A stretch of 63,007 nucleotides of DNA, filler included, from Folioceros fuciformis (lineage: Eukaryota), in the NCBI GenBank assembly GCA_049999805.1. It is 5 parts of 5 records of this genome, joined end to end, with 100 filler letters (N's around TTAATTAATTAA, not from the genome) between each part and the next. Parts side by side here need not be neighbours in the genome. Positions count along the whole stretch, not along the records: positions 48,397 to 61,127 come from JBNGIO010004135.1; positions 61,228 to 63,007 come from JBNGIO010004223.1; 3 more parts are not named here. One strand, given 5' to 3'. The notes below the pieces were generated by a model. It did not search any database. It saw nothing but the letters and a program-made list of their open reading frames with translations, and was not told where the DNA came from. The stretch's first letter is position 1. Each line of letters opens with the position of its first letter. Below are positions 50,658 to 63,007 of this stretch, one piece after another. Made by a program: the position numbers and the translations under genes.

Positions 50658-53600
50658 AGCAGGGATTATCGAGTGAGAGTAATATTGGTATTGGTTGACT
50701 GGCTGGAATAATGGGTTATTATATTGCTGCCCTTTATTCTCTGCGCGGAAGCAATTAAGTATTCTTGTGCGCGCAGGTGATGACAAGATGCCATGGAGGC
50801 CCGAGGGAGAGAGTCGGCGAGGCAGGCAGCGTGAGTGAGTGTGTGTGTGTGAGTGAGGCTGGCCGCATTAGCAAACCAAACCGATACCGATGCAGTTTCT
50901 TGTTGCAACGAGTTCGGGTGATGATGGTGGTTGTGTTTCAACCGGTGGGCTGCACTGATGGGCAGATCGCTGGAGATGTTGTTGTCGTCTTTACTGCCTC
51001 GGCAGGCCGTTGCGAGAGTGGCCCGCCCATCTACCTGGTCCTGGTCATGGCCTTGGTGGCAGCCATGCCCGATCGCTGCCCTCTCACCTTTCTGCCAAAC
51101 CTCACCGTCCATGTCAGTAGCTGCGCGCTTTTGGTAACAAATATCACCCTCACACACTCTCTCTCGCGCGCACACACACACACAGTACCATCCACGATGC
51201 ACACACTCCCGGCACAAGACCACACTACAAACACGAGAAGACAAGGATCTGCAATGTGTGTGAGAGAGAGTGAAGTGGAGGGCGGAGGATGCAGCGTGCA
51301 GGTCCAGGTCCAGGTCCAGGTCCTGATAGTGCTGGTGGTGGGCATGTTTGAAGGCGGGTGTTTGTGCGTCTTTCTCTGCCAGTCTGGTGGTGCGCCCAGC
51401 TGCACGGGCTCGCACCTGCGGCCGACGGGAAAGGAAAGGGAAGAAAAGGAAAGCAACTGCAAACTGGGCATATGTGCGTATGTGCGAGATCAGAGAGAGG
51501 CAGAGGCAGAGGAGCGCGCTGTGCTGCGGGGCCTACAAACGTGGTCTACACCCAAATTCGGTGCAACAGCATGCGGGCCTCGGGAGCGACACAAGCAGAG
51601 CCCTAGTGCGGAAACAACAGGGCAGGGCTCGGAGCCAAAGAGCGAGAGAAGGAACATTCCATTTCTCTTTCCCCTTTCCCCCCCCCCCCCTTCTCCTCCC
51701 GTGATGAGCTTGCTGCCTGTCATGCCCTCTCTCTTGCACTTGGATGCCATGCCTCAACATGCAGCCCATGCCGTGTGCCTCATCACCTCATCCTCCCCTG
51801 GTGAAACTTGAAACCCTGACACGAGGCCGTGAGTTCAGGTCGGTCATGAGAGTCCCAGTCCAGACTCGCACCTCCAGTCCTCTCTCGCTCTCATCACACA
51901 TGCCTGCAGCTGCTGTGCCAATCATGCTCCTCCCCCCTCTGCCTAATCAATTCATGTGACGCCACCGGCCGTAGCTGCCTGCGCCTGCCACTGCCACTGT
52001 CAGGCCCTAGACTCACACTGGAGACAGCTCTCGGAGGCAGCCAAACTGGCAAAGGCACAGCAACCAAGTATGTATGTACCACAGTATGACCGCCTCGGGA
52101 CTAGCCAGGATCACCTCAGTACACCTTCCGCACGCCTGTACAGTACAGCGTGCCAGCCACACTCCAGACACACTCCACACCGCAGCAGCAGGCCCCTGAT
52201 GATGTCCATTAACCCCCCCGCACACCTCTGCTTGCTAATGCACGGCGTGGCCTCTGCCAGACTCCACTGCTGCAACCTCTTTCTCCACAGTCTGCGTTCC
52301 AGTCCACACCGCCTGTCCTGTCCGGACTCCTCCCTAGGTCGTGATGCTTGTGAAGGTGGCACGCCTCTTGCGCCGTCTCCTCCTTCCTTCTTCCTCGACT
52401 TGCACAACCGCACAATCGCACAATCAAGAACACATGCTTTCTACTTTTACATCCTTCCCTTCCAGCGGGTAAATTCTTCGTTACTAGTGCTTGAAACTCC
52501 GGGGTAACAACATCATCCGGGCTTACCTAACATGCTAAAACGCGGAGGCTGCTTCTTGCATGCTAACCTAATAACACCTAGCTTTGTCTCGCTTTTCCTC
52601 AATGAAACGGAACAGGATGGAAGGAGCTCAAATTCCTCATCGCCCCTATGGCACGCAGAGAGACTCTTCGCCGGACGCCATGATCAGCAGCTACGGATTC
52701 CGCTGCCAGGTCCTAAGAGTAGCAGTGTGCGTTTCTTGGACGATTCCAATCCCAATTACAATTCCGGAGGTGTCTCATTGATGGACGCCTTCCTCATGGT
52801 TGTTTTGGATGCAACAGTTGCTCAGACGACGGCAAACTTACGAATGAAAGCTCCCTGGGACGAGCTTGTCTCGTCCTGCACGGACTTAGGGCTACGTACT
52901 CCACTGATCCCATGCTGGTATAAAATGCGTGAGACTGGTGCCTGCCGGCTACTGTCATCATTCTCGCATCAGTGAGTGAATGTGTAAGGTGTAAAGGCTT
53001 GTCCTGCCCTTCCGGCATGAGCATTGCCGCTTTCTCGCGTTCTCCCGCTCTCGCGCGAGCTGTCATTAATGCGGCTTGGAGAAAGGCTATGTCGTGAAGG
53101 CGAGGGCCAGCTCGCTCAGTTCATCATGGCTGGCACACCAGGTTCACAAATTTGTAGCTGGCTGGCACAATCTGAGCTTCAAGTGCTGGTAGCCTGGGTG
53201 GTTGCTGTGATGTGAGACTGGGTTGTCTGTATGTACATCGCTTGTTGCGTCAACGCCTGAGTGTCCTGCGTCGGTACTTTCTGGCCAGCTTTGCAAGCCA
53301 GTCCTGTGATAGCACTGGATATCTCTCAGCATGAGCTGCTATTGAACCAGCGCCAACTTGCCATGTCAGCAACGAGGTGCAACCACCCATCCATGACACA
53401 CTACTAAAATCTCGCAACTGCACATTACACCAATCACCTTCCTTCAGCTCGAAGGTGCCCTTACTTCCTTCCTGCATTCATGATTCACTGCAACTTAAAC
53501 GTCATGAACCTTAAGAAGTACTGCTGCTCTGTGATTGGTGAACCCAACCAGCTAGAAGAAACTGTACCTCATTCCCTACAACCTTGTCTCCAGAGGTGAC

Positions 53601-54926
53601 ACATGTTGCTTGCATTCTGCACAGTATCCAGGCCCAGAGGTTGTAGGTTGAAAGGACCTCTCAAGGTCGAGTAGGTTTGCCTGATACATACCACTCCCAC
53701 ACGACAGGCTTTACTTCACTGCTGCTTATTCCCCTGATTCAATGCTAGGCTGCACATGTAAATAAAACAATCACACTCTCACGCTCCCTTTTTCTCCCAG
53801 GGTCGACCCCATATGTCAGTCCGTAGGCCGTACTGTATCAGTAAAGTAGATTCACAGAGATGCTACAGCTAGAGGGCATGTTCACAGATTGCCATACATA
53901 CATCAGCAGCTCCGCGTCTGGATCCCACAGAATCTAGAATTTGTGGCGGGTGTCCTCATGTGAAGAATGTGGAGGAGGCAATAATGTTGTATCCTCTCAG
54001 AAACAGATACCACGATAATAAAATATTGCCTGTGTCCAGATATTATCCATAACTGCTCGTCCGCCTGGAAGGTACAGTGCGCAGTGGGCAGTGGCTACAG
54101 TCCACCGTCCACCCCTCATGTCAGTTGTGCCACTGACGCTCGTCGTCCTACTCGCCCACGTCGTACCCGCCGCAGTCCATATGGAACTTGCATTTTGTCA
54201 AACACCTCCCTCCTATGTTCATTGGAGACGGAGCTCCATCACTCCTTACCAAGCTCATTGCAACGGGTCCCACGTTTCTGTAGCCGTCCTCTTGTTGAAC
54301 AAGTTGCGAAAAGCATCCTTCCTTTCCGGCACCTTCTGCACGAGTACAACGAGAGTCACTGATAGACACAGCACAAGGCCAGGCCCACGAGTAGATGGCC
54401 ATGTCATGCTTCGGTGCCCAATGCCATGTGCAGCGCAACCCTGGTCTTGAACTTGGCCTAGCACACAACCCTTGCCATCACACTGTTGTTAGTTGCATGC
54501 CTGTGTAAGCAGCGCGGGACTACTCAGCCTGACACGGCTCTCACAATTAAGCTTCAGATTTGTTCGGCCTTCGTCGCCACCGCAGGGGGGTTCGGATTTT
54601 CCTTTGTAAGCCCTACATCCTTGGATCATCTGCATGATTCTGAATATCCTCGAGAGTTTGATTCAGCCAAGCACACCGAAGAGACTGTTCTTTGACCCAA
54701 GGACTTCCCTTTCTCACACTGGTGTTCTCTGCCGTAAGGAAACCTTTGCGAAAAACCCAAAACCCTACCTGGTAACATTAATCTGGTTTTCGAGCGAGGA
54801 AATAACAACTGGCAGCAACCGCAACTCCGCTATGGCTGGTGAGCCTTGCCTTTGCTGATCTCTGCGTCTCCTTGTGCATGTTTCTCTGTCGAAGCCCTCA
54901 GCTCAGGCTTGACTGTGTGTTTTGTG

Positions 54927-56795
<1,869 letters not shown>

Positions 56796-58415
56796 GGAAG
56801 CCAGAAAGCAAGATTGCTGCTTGCAGGGCCTGATACCTATCCACTGTTGCTGGGTGTCATCATCGATCCGTGATTAGAAATGCTGGTTGCTGTAGCTGCT
56901 GGCCGAACTCGCGTCACGAACCAGCGTCTTGCGGGGCCAGAGCAGGGGTTCCAAGTGCATCGATCAAGAGCGTGTTTGCGACACGAACCCTACTTCACAA
57001 ACGCGAGGGAGCAAATGGACTTTTCACCCTGTATCGGGATACGAGCTGATGGCACCACACCAGACAACAGTTAGCATTTCTTTATTCTGGCTAGACTGTG
57101 GAAAGGGTGGTTGGAATCGTTACAAAACCGCTGCTGGTGAAGGCGAATAAAGATCTATATGTACACTGCAAGCTTGGCCTTTGTGGTCACATGCTATCAC
57201 TGAAATCGAGACTGTGGAGGCTGCTCTCCACGGGCAGGCGTGAAGGTGTACGGTAATGGACGATATTGTTGTGAGAATCCGTTCAATCTGAGATTCGTAC
57301 GTAGGGCATATTTCGTTGAGCGGGCCATCGTCTCGACAGTGACAGGCCAAACTGTCATGTCTGTCCGTATTCGAGTGTCCCATTCCAAACTGTGACGGTT
57401 TTTCCACCCCTACGTAGATGAGAGCCCCTGCGGAGATATCGTATTATATTCTATTTTACATATCTTCAAACCCGTCCATATAAGTATACCAAAATAGGTA
57501 GTCTTGCTTATTTTCTTTTTGTACCAGGTATCCATATGACAACAGGCCCATCTGAAAAAGAGTATGACGGAACCATGTGGAATACCGATACGTACTTCAC
57601 CATATAATATATGGTCCCGTATCTTGAAGCTAATGAGCATGACTATATCGGTAGTGCGCGGCTTCCAGGGCGTCCTGATCCGGCCATCAGCTGACCACAA
57701 GACTGTTTTTTCTTACAACATTACAATTCTTCCCTCACACAATATCGTTAAGGTTTTCAGTGTTCTAGGGCATTAGACTCAAGTCAACGTGCTCTACATC
57801 TCCTCCTTCACCTGAACCCAAGCCATTCTCCCTTGAGGGAAGGGTCATCGCCAGCCATGTCTATCTCCCTCCATGCAACGATTGGTATGCAACACCTTCG
57901 GCTACAAAAAGGTAGGGGACATAGAACCATTCAGCAGGAGGAATGGAAGCATACAATCTTTATTTCAAGCCTTTGAGGNNNNNNNNNNAGCATACAATCT
58001 TTATTTCAAGCCTTTGAGGGCTACATGGCCCAACAACGGATTACGATCAAAAGAACAAACTACATGGGCCTATAAGAAGACCCCACACTACTACACGGAT
58101 TGAAGAAGGCAAATGCCACTCCACACCCATGGAGTGGCCTCTTCCTCTGTCCATGGCTACAGGTACACCTCTAATGGCTTCATTCTACTCCTGCACTGTC
58201 TACACAACATTGTTAAAGCCAAGTGAAGTCCATACATGTGGGGGAGGAAGTTCATGCCCTCCAATCCCTTTGCATACGAATTGTCCCGGGCAAGCTATAA
58301 GGTGTGCACAACACATGCAACGTTGTAGAAGGCTTAGGTTTACAACTACGATACATACATGCAACTTGCAAGGCACTTGTAAGTTACAATGGCATATGAT
58401 ATACAAGGTGAGAGG

Positions 58416-58790
58416 CATTCTGCAAGGGCTTCTCGTGTTTCCTACATCTCATTATGTGCAACGGAGTGTCCACAACAAGGGTTCCACAAGCCCTCTACCA
58501 AGGGAATCCACAACCTAAACCTATAGAGCCATTCTGCAAGGGCTTCTCATGTTTCCTACATCTCATTATGTGCAACGGAGTGTCCACAACAAGGGTTCCA
58601 CAAGCCCTCTACCAAGGGAATCCACAACCTAAACCTATAGAGCTATGTGCAGCGTCAATTTTACAATGCATACATCAAGGGTTACTATTGCCACACTCTT
58701 GAGGACAACCTACATTTGCAACCGTTTTGCAATGCATACATCAAGGGTTACTATTGCCACACCCTTGAGGACAACCTACATTTGCAATCG
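58416..58790. repeat. Two adjacent tandem duplications (114 bp x2 at 58416/58530; 66-bp period x2 at 58664/58730)
   Basis: Near-identical direct copies visible in CpG-poor, TE-like DNA. Confidence 0.9.
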
Positions 58791-59729
58791 TTATATTCAG
58801 CTTGCACTTGTTACTTACAACTACAAGGTGCAAGGCCATCTGCGAGACACGCTACACCTGCCATCTGCAACAACATCTATAATTATAGCTACCACATGTA
58901 CACTACTCTTCCAACCCTTAAGGACAATTGCAAGCTCCATTGCATGGCACCCTCAGTTGTAATCATGCCTTCCAATCCCTCCTTGCACCTGCTCACCCAG
59001 GGTCTGAGTGAGTGCCACCTATACGCATTTGCAATATGGGGGCCAAGGGGCATGGCAATTCTGCATGGTCACTCTACAATGTTGTCTACATGGACCAACG
59101 CCAATGCACTTTGCATGTGCCATCTACAACACAATGTGCCCCACTTTGTAGGGACCATTTGCAAGGTCACTATAGTCTACAATGACAATATGTTAGGTCA
59201 ACACACTTTACTAGTCCAATCTACAAGTGCGGCACAATCTACAAGGTCTACCTACAAGGGCACCACAATTTGCAACCGCAATCTACAAGTTCTGCTCAAC
59301 TTGCAAAGCATTAGGGTGCCTACAACCTTGAATGCAACTACCTTGCCATCCTCAAATACTCCCTGCACCTCTTGCTTGCTCATTTAACGAGCAACATCGT
59401 CTACTAGGCAATTTGGGCCCAACGCCTTCCACGTAGTTTAAGACTGCATTCAGCAAGTGCTATGCACGATCAGTTTGTAGGATTCCTCAGGCAATCTGGA
59501 AGGCCATCTGCAAGTCAAACAAATTCTTCAAACCTACCTTGCTACTGCTATTGTAGAGGTTTGCATGGGAGTTATGTCTCCTCTACTGGGCATGTGCACA
59601 TTGCACATGCCAAGTCAACTGTACCATGCAGATTAAAGCAACAATGCAACGTACAACAGTATTGTTTCTCATTCTACCAAGCAGCTCGACACTCTTGAGT
59701 GGTGGCATCGGTGCCATATTTTGTGCATG

Positions 59730-60900
59730 CTACGGGCCAGGCACAACATACTCCTCTCCATCATCGTCCACTCCACTGTATGGTGGTGGCTGCACTAACC
59801 CTTGCAAACGTTCTTCTTCTTGGAGAACGATTGTAGGGATGTCCCAGTTTGAAGCTATCATTCGCTGCACCTGATACCTGTTCCACACATACCTCCAATG
59901 TTTCAGCTCCGCTCTCATTGTTGGCATGAACACTACATGTAAGAAGTGGATGTGCCATGGGCTACTAATATCCAACTCATTGCTCCACACCAAATCAGTC
60001 ATGTACCCCTTGTAGAGAAAAGACTTCTCTCTAAGAGCTCGTTAAAAGTGCTCAATTCTTTGTAGGTGTTGGTGGGTTAGTGTTTGCCTTTGCCTACAAC
60101 TTGTTGCACAAAGACTCCTGGGCAAGAGAAACACATCACCCATCTCTTGCTCCACATCCTAGCATTAGGCGCCATTGGAGTCAACAATTCATACATGCAA
60201 ATCTCCACACTCACCTGATTGTGCCATGACGGCCCATGAATAAAATTACTGCCATTAGCCTTGGGTTGTGCACAATTCATATCTGCCTCAATGAGATTAT
60301 GCTCTACAACATAGTCCGAGTGGATGCGTTGGGGGTGCTCGAACTTGCGAACTGCATCCACATATGCATTGACGATAGTGGAACCTTTCTTGTTGTCCTC
60401 CAACACTAGCCATGAGACGTAATGTGTCGCCCCATCTATTGCAGCATGGAAACGGAATTAGAGTTGGTACATCTTATCATATATTGCACAGGCGCCCCAC
60501 ATACCGCACACCGTTAGGATGAACACATAGTGGCCTATACAATCCCTACCCCACTGCACATCGTACAACGTCTGCCACAAATCAAACAACCTATACACAC
60601 ACACAATCCATATGTGATATGAACATTGAGGTGACATTGTTGTATTGCACATGGCGTATACGCATAGTTGGCCTTTGGGCCATCACCTCCAGCTGCATGA
60701 AGCACAGTACTGCTGCCACTTGCCTCTTGGGGATGTTGATACCATTAACTTGCAACTTTGCTTGCACAAATCAGATTCCAGCATTGACAACGTGGCACAT
60801 TAAAGCCAAGTATGTGGATATGATGCTGCACACCTCCCCCCCTGCTAGCCCCTGTACAACCCTCTCCAATATGGGTACTAGTTCAATAGCCTTTGGAGTG
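59730..60900 (-). mobile_element. Decayed intron-containing DDE integrase/transposase (integrase-core family related to IS3/IS481)
   Basis: Minus-strand translation gives NAGI*FVQAKLQVNGINIPKRQV...RIRHVQY...SHMD / YDKMYQL*FRFHAAIDGATHYVSWL...NKKGSTIVNAYVDAV..HPQRIHSDYVVEH..NFIHGPSWHNQ / RIEHF*R...LHVVFMPTMRAELKHWRYVWN. This follows the HxD..HxxIDG..PxRxxSDxGxEN..HNQRIE..WN pattern, with several in-frame stops. Confidence 0.8.
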
Positions 60901-61127
60901 TGCGAATCCTGCACCCAATCTGCTGCACCAACTCCTTCAACGGCTTTCCTCCTTGCAAATGTTGCACCGCTATGTCATACAGCGTTTGCACAGTATGGCA
61001 TGTTCTTTCCAACACCCCCCTCCCCACAAGACCCCTCGTCGTTGCCTCTTGTGCAGTTGGAGCTTCCTCTGCCCCACCAATTTGTGCTCATCCCCCGTGT
61101 CCTCACTACTATTGCATCCTATACCCT

Positions 61128-61227
61128 NNNNNNNNNNNNNNNNNNNNNNNNNNNNNNNNNNNNNNNNNNNNTTAATTAATTAANNNNNNNNNNNNNNNNN
61201 NNNNNNNNNNNNNNNNNNNNNNNNNNN
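61128..61227. other. Artificial contig-join spacer (N-flanked TTAATTAATTAA)
   Basis: 12-mer at 61172-61183 between N runs. Confidence 0.95.
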
Positions 61228-63007
61228 AGAAATGTAAAAATTTACCGCAAGTGCACAAATTGTCATACGGGTTCACTTCTGAGTCCGCAAAGCAATTTTC
61301 CTGTTGGGCCATTATGTGCAAGCTGTTATATACTCTCCTATAAAGACCAAAGGGATTTCGGAAGCACAAGATTGTCAATGGAGTTAAAAATATTAGCAAA
61401 CCACGTTGGTTATGTACCAATATGGTTAGTCAACAAGACCTAGCAGTTGGTTAGTCAGCCAGACCTAGCAGTTAGTTAGTATAGGTAGTTAGCTAGGCTA
61501 GCAAAAGGACACACGAGACCAGCTATAAAACCCACCTATGAACACACTTAATTCATTGTTAATATAGCATCTTTACTTAAGATGCTTCCGCATGCAATTC
61601 TAACTTGGTATCGGAGATATTAGAGCCTCGGCTCCTATCATGGTCTCTAGGTTCAATGGCTAGACTTTATACATATCATTACTTATGTGAGCCATGGACC
61701 TTTGAAGCTCCATGTGCTTGCTTATGGTTAGAAGAAAGTGATACGTTGTTTTGGATAACAAATTGGTTCTATCTGACCACAAAAAGGCAGCTACGATGAG
61801 ATGAGGTCCTCATCATCGCTTCCATGCGATTTAATAGAAGAGCTTTCTCAAGCTCCGCAATGAATTTAGTTTGTCTATATTTATAGAACTTAAGTTTATT
61901 GTATTCTATTTTTATATAAGTTTAGGAATAGGAAGAAAAATTGTTTCTTCCTATTCTTAAACTGTTATGTAGAAAAATTAAAACTATTTTGTCTATTTAT
62001 TTTCTTGTCTCCTTTTCTATCTACTTGCCCACGAGATTTGACTGGGTGTGTGTAGCCTGGTTCTTAAGATGGATAGAGGGGGAGGGGGAGCCTCAAGGTT
62101 TTTCTCTCTACTNNNNNNNNNNAGAAATGTAAAAATTTACCGCAAGTGCACAAATTGTCATACGGGTTCACTTCTGAGTCCGCAAAGCAATTTTCCTGTT
62201 GGGCCATTATGTGCAAGCTGTTATATACTCTCCTATAAAGACCAAAGGGATTTCGGAAGCACAAGATTGTCAATGGAGTTAAAAATATTAGCAAACCACG
62301 TTGGTTATGTACCAATATGGTTAGTCAACAAGACCTAGCAGTTGGTTAGTCAGCCAGACCTAGCAGTTAGTTAGTATAGGTAGTTAGCTAGGCTAGCAAA
62401 AGGACACACGAGACCAGCTATAAAACCCACCTATGAACACACTTAATTCATTGTTAATATAGCATCTTTACTTAAGATGCTTCCGCATGCAATTCTAACT
62501 TGGTATCGGAGATATTAGAGCCTCGGCTCCTATCATGGTCTCTAGGTTCAATGGCTAGACTTTATACATATCATTACTTATGTGAGCCATGGACCTTTGA
62601 AGCTCCATGTGCTTGCTTATGGTTAGAAGAAAGTGATACGTTGTTTTGGATAACAAATTGGTTCTATCTGACCACAAAAAGGCAGCTACGATGAGATGAG
62701 GTCCTCATCATCGCTTCCATGCGATTTAATAGAAGAGCTTTCTCAAGCTCCGCAATGAATTTAGTTTGTCTATATTTATAGAACTTAAGTTTATTGTATT
62801 CTATTTTTATATAAGTTTAGGAATAGGAAGAAAAATTGTTTCTTCCTATTCTTAAACTGTTATGTAGAAAAATTAAAACTATTTTGTCTATTTATTTTCT
62901 TGTCTCCTTTTCTATCTACTTGCCCACGAGATTTGACTGGGTGTGTGTAGCCTGGTTCTTAAGATGGATAGAGGGGGAGGGGGAGCCTCAAGGTTTTTCT
63001 CTCTACT
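61228..63007. repeat. 885-bp direct duplication separated by 10 N (probable assembly artefact)
   Basis: 61228-62112 and 62123-63007 appear identical, and both contain the same short ORFs. Confidence 0.9.
61404..61630 (+). mobile_element. Short LTR-like segment followed by a degenerate tRNA-iMet primer-binding site (second copy at +895)
   Basis: About 200 bp with gttag repeats and a ctataaaa box ending ...ttctaac. It is followed by tggtatcggagatattagagcc (61606-), resembling the canonical TGGTATCAGAGC PBS with a small internal duplication. Confidence 0.5.

Noticed and set aside
50666-52507. Long overlapping ORFs (348, 249, 183 aa)
   Set aside because: They run through (gt)n, (ca)n, (ga)n and caggtc microsatellites, mostly lack ATG starts and show no protein motifs. 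They are likely intergenic or regulatory DNA.
53030-53070. Sequence loosely resembling miR156/miR535 on the minus strand
   Set aside because: Too many mismatches and no convincing fold-back. No tRNA, rRNA or conserved miRNA was recognised anywhere in the window.
58647-59387. 246-aa plus-strand ORF with an internal repeat
   Set aside because: The repeat derives from the 66-bp DNA duplication, and the composition reflects CA-rich decayed TE sequence.

Overview
Eukaryotic, gene-dense nuclear DNA with short GT-AG introns (about 80-200 bp). It comes from a seed-free land plant: it carries plastid-targeted genes plus a MYCBPAP-type flagellar gene, and the compact, GC-balanced style suggests a bryophyte, possibly a hornwort (inference). 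The window is not contiguous. Four N-flanked TTAATTAATTAA six-frame-stop linkers (16626, 30377, 48341, 61172) split it into five joined segments. Recognisable genes are a KH/CCCH RNA-binding protein, an AT-rich MYCBPAP-like protein, an EF-hand/TMEM65 membrane protein, a plastid-type J-protein, a DDR4-like DDT protein, starch synthase I, a kappa-class GST/DsbA protein ending in SRL, TWD1/FKBP42, DEG1, PDX2, a CS26-like cysteine synthase, Tha4/TatA, BASS2, an intronless MAP3K with a hydrophobic tail, and TRM8. The end of the window holds a decayed, intron-containing DDE integrase/transposase and an LTR+PBS fragment duplicated across a 10-N gap. The most interesting candidates are the EF-hand-TMEM65 fusion, the spliced IS3/IS481-like transposase relic, the peroxisomal kappa GST, the hybrid-looking CS26/OAS-TL enzyme, and an exon-start duplication that supplies a splice acceptor in SS1. 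All family calls come from motif recognition only; no database searches were run.
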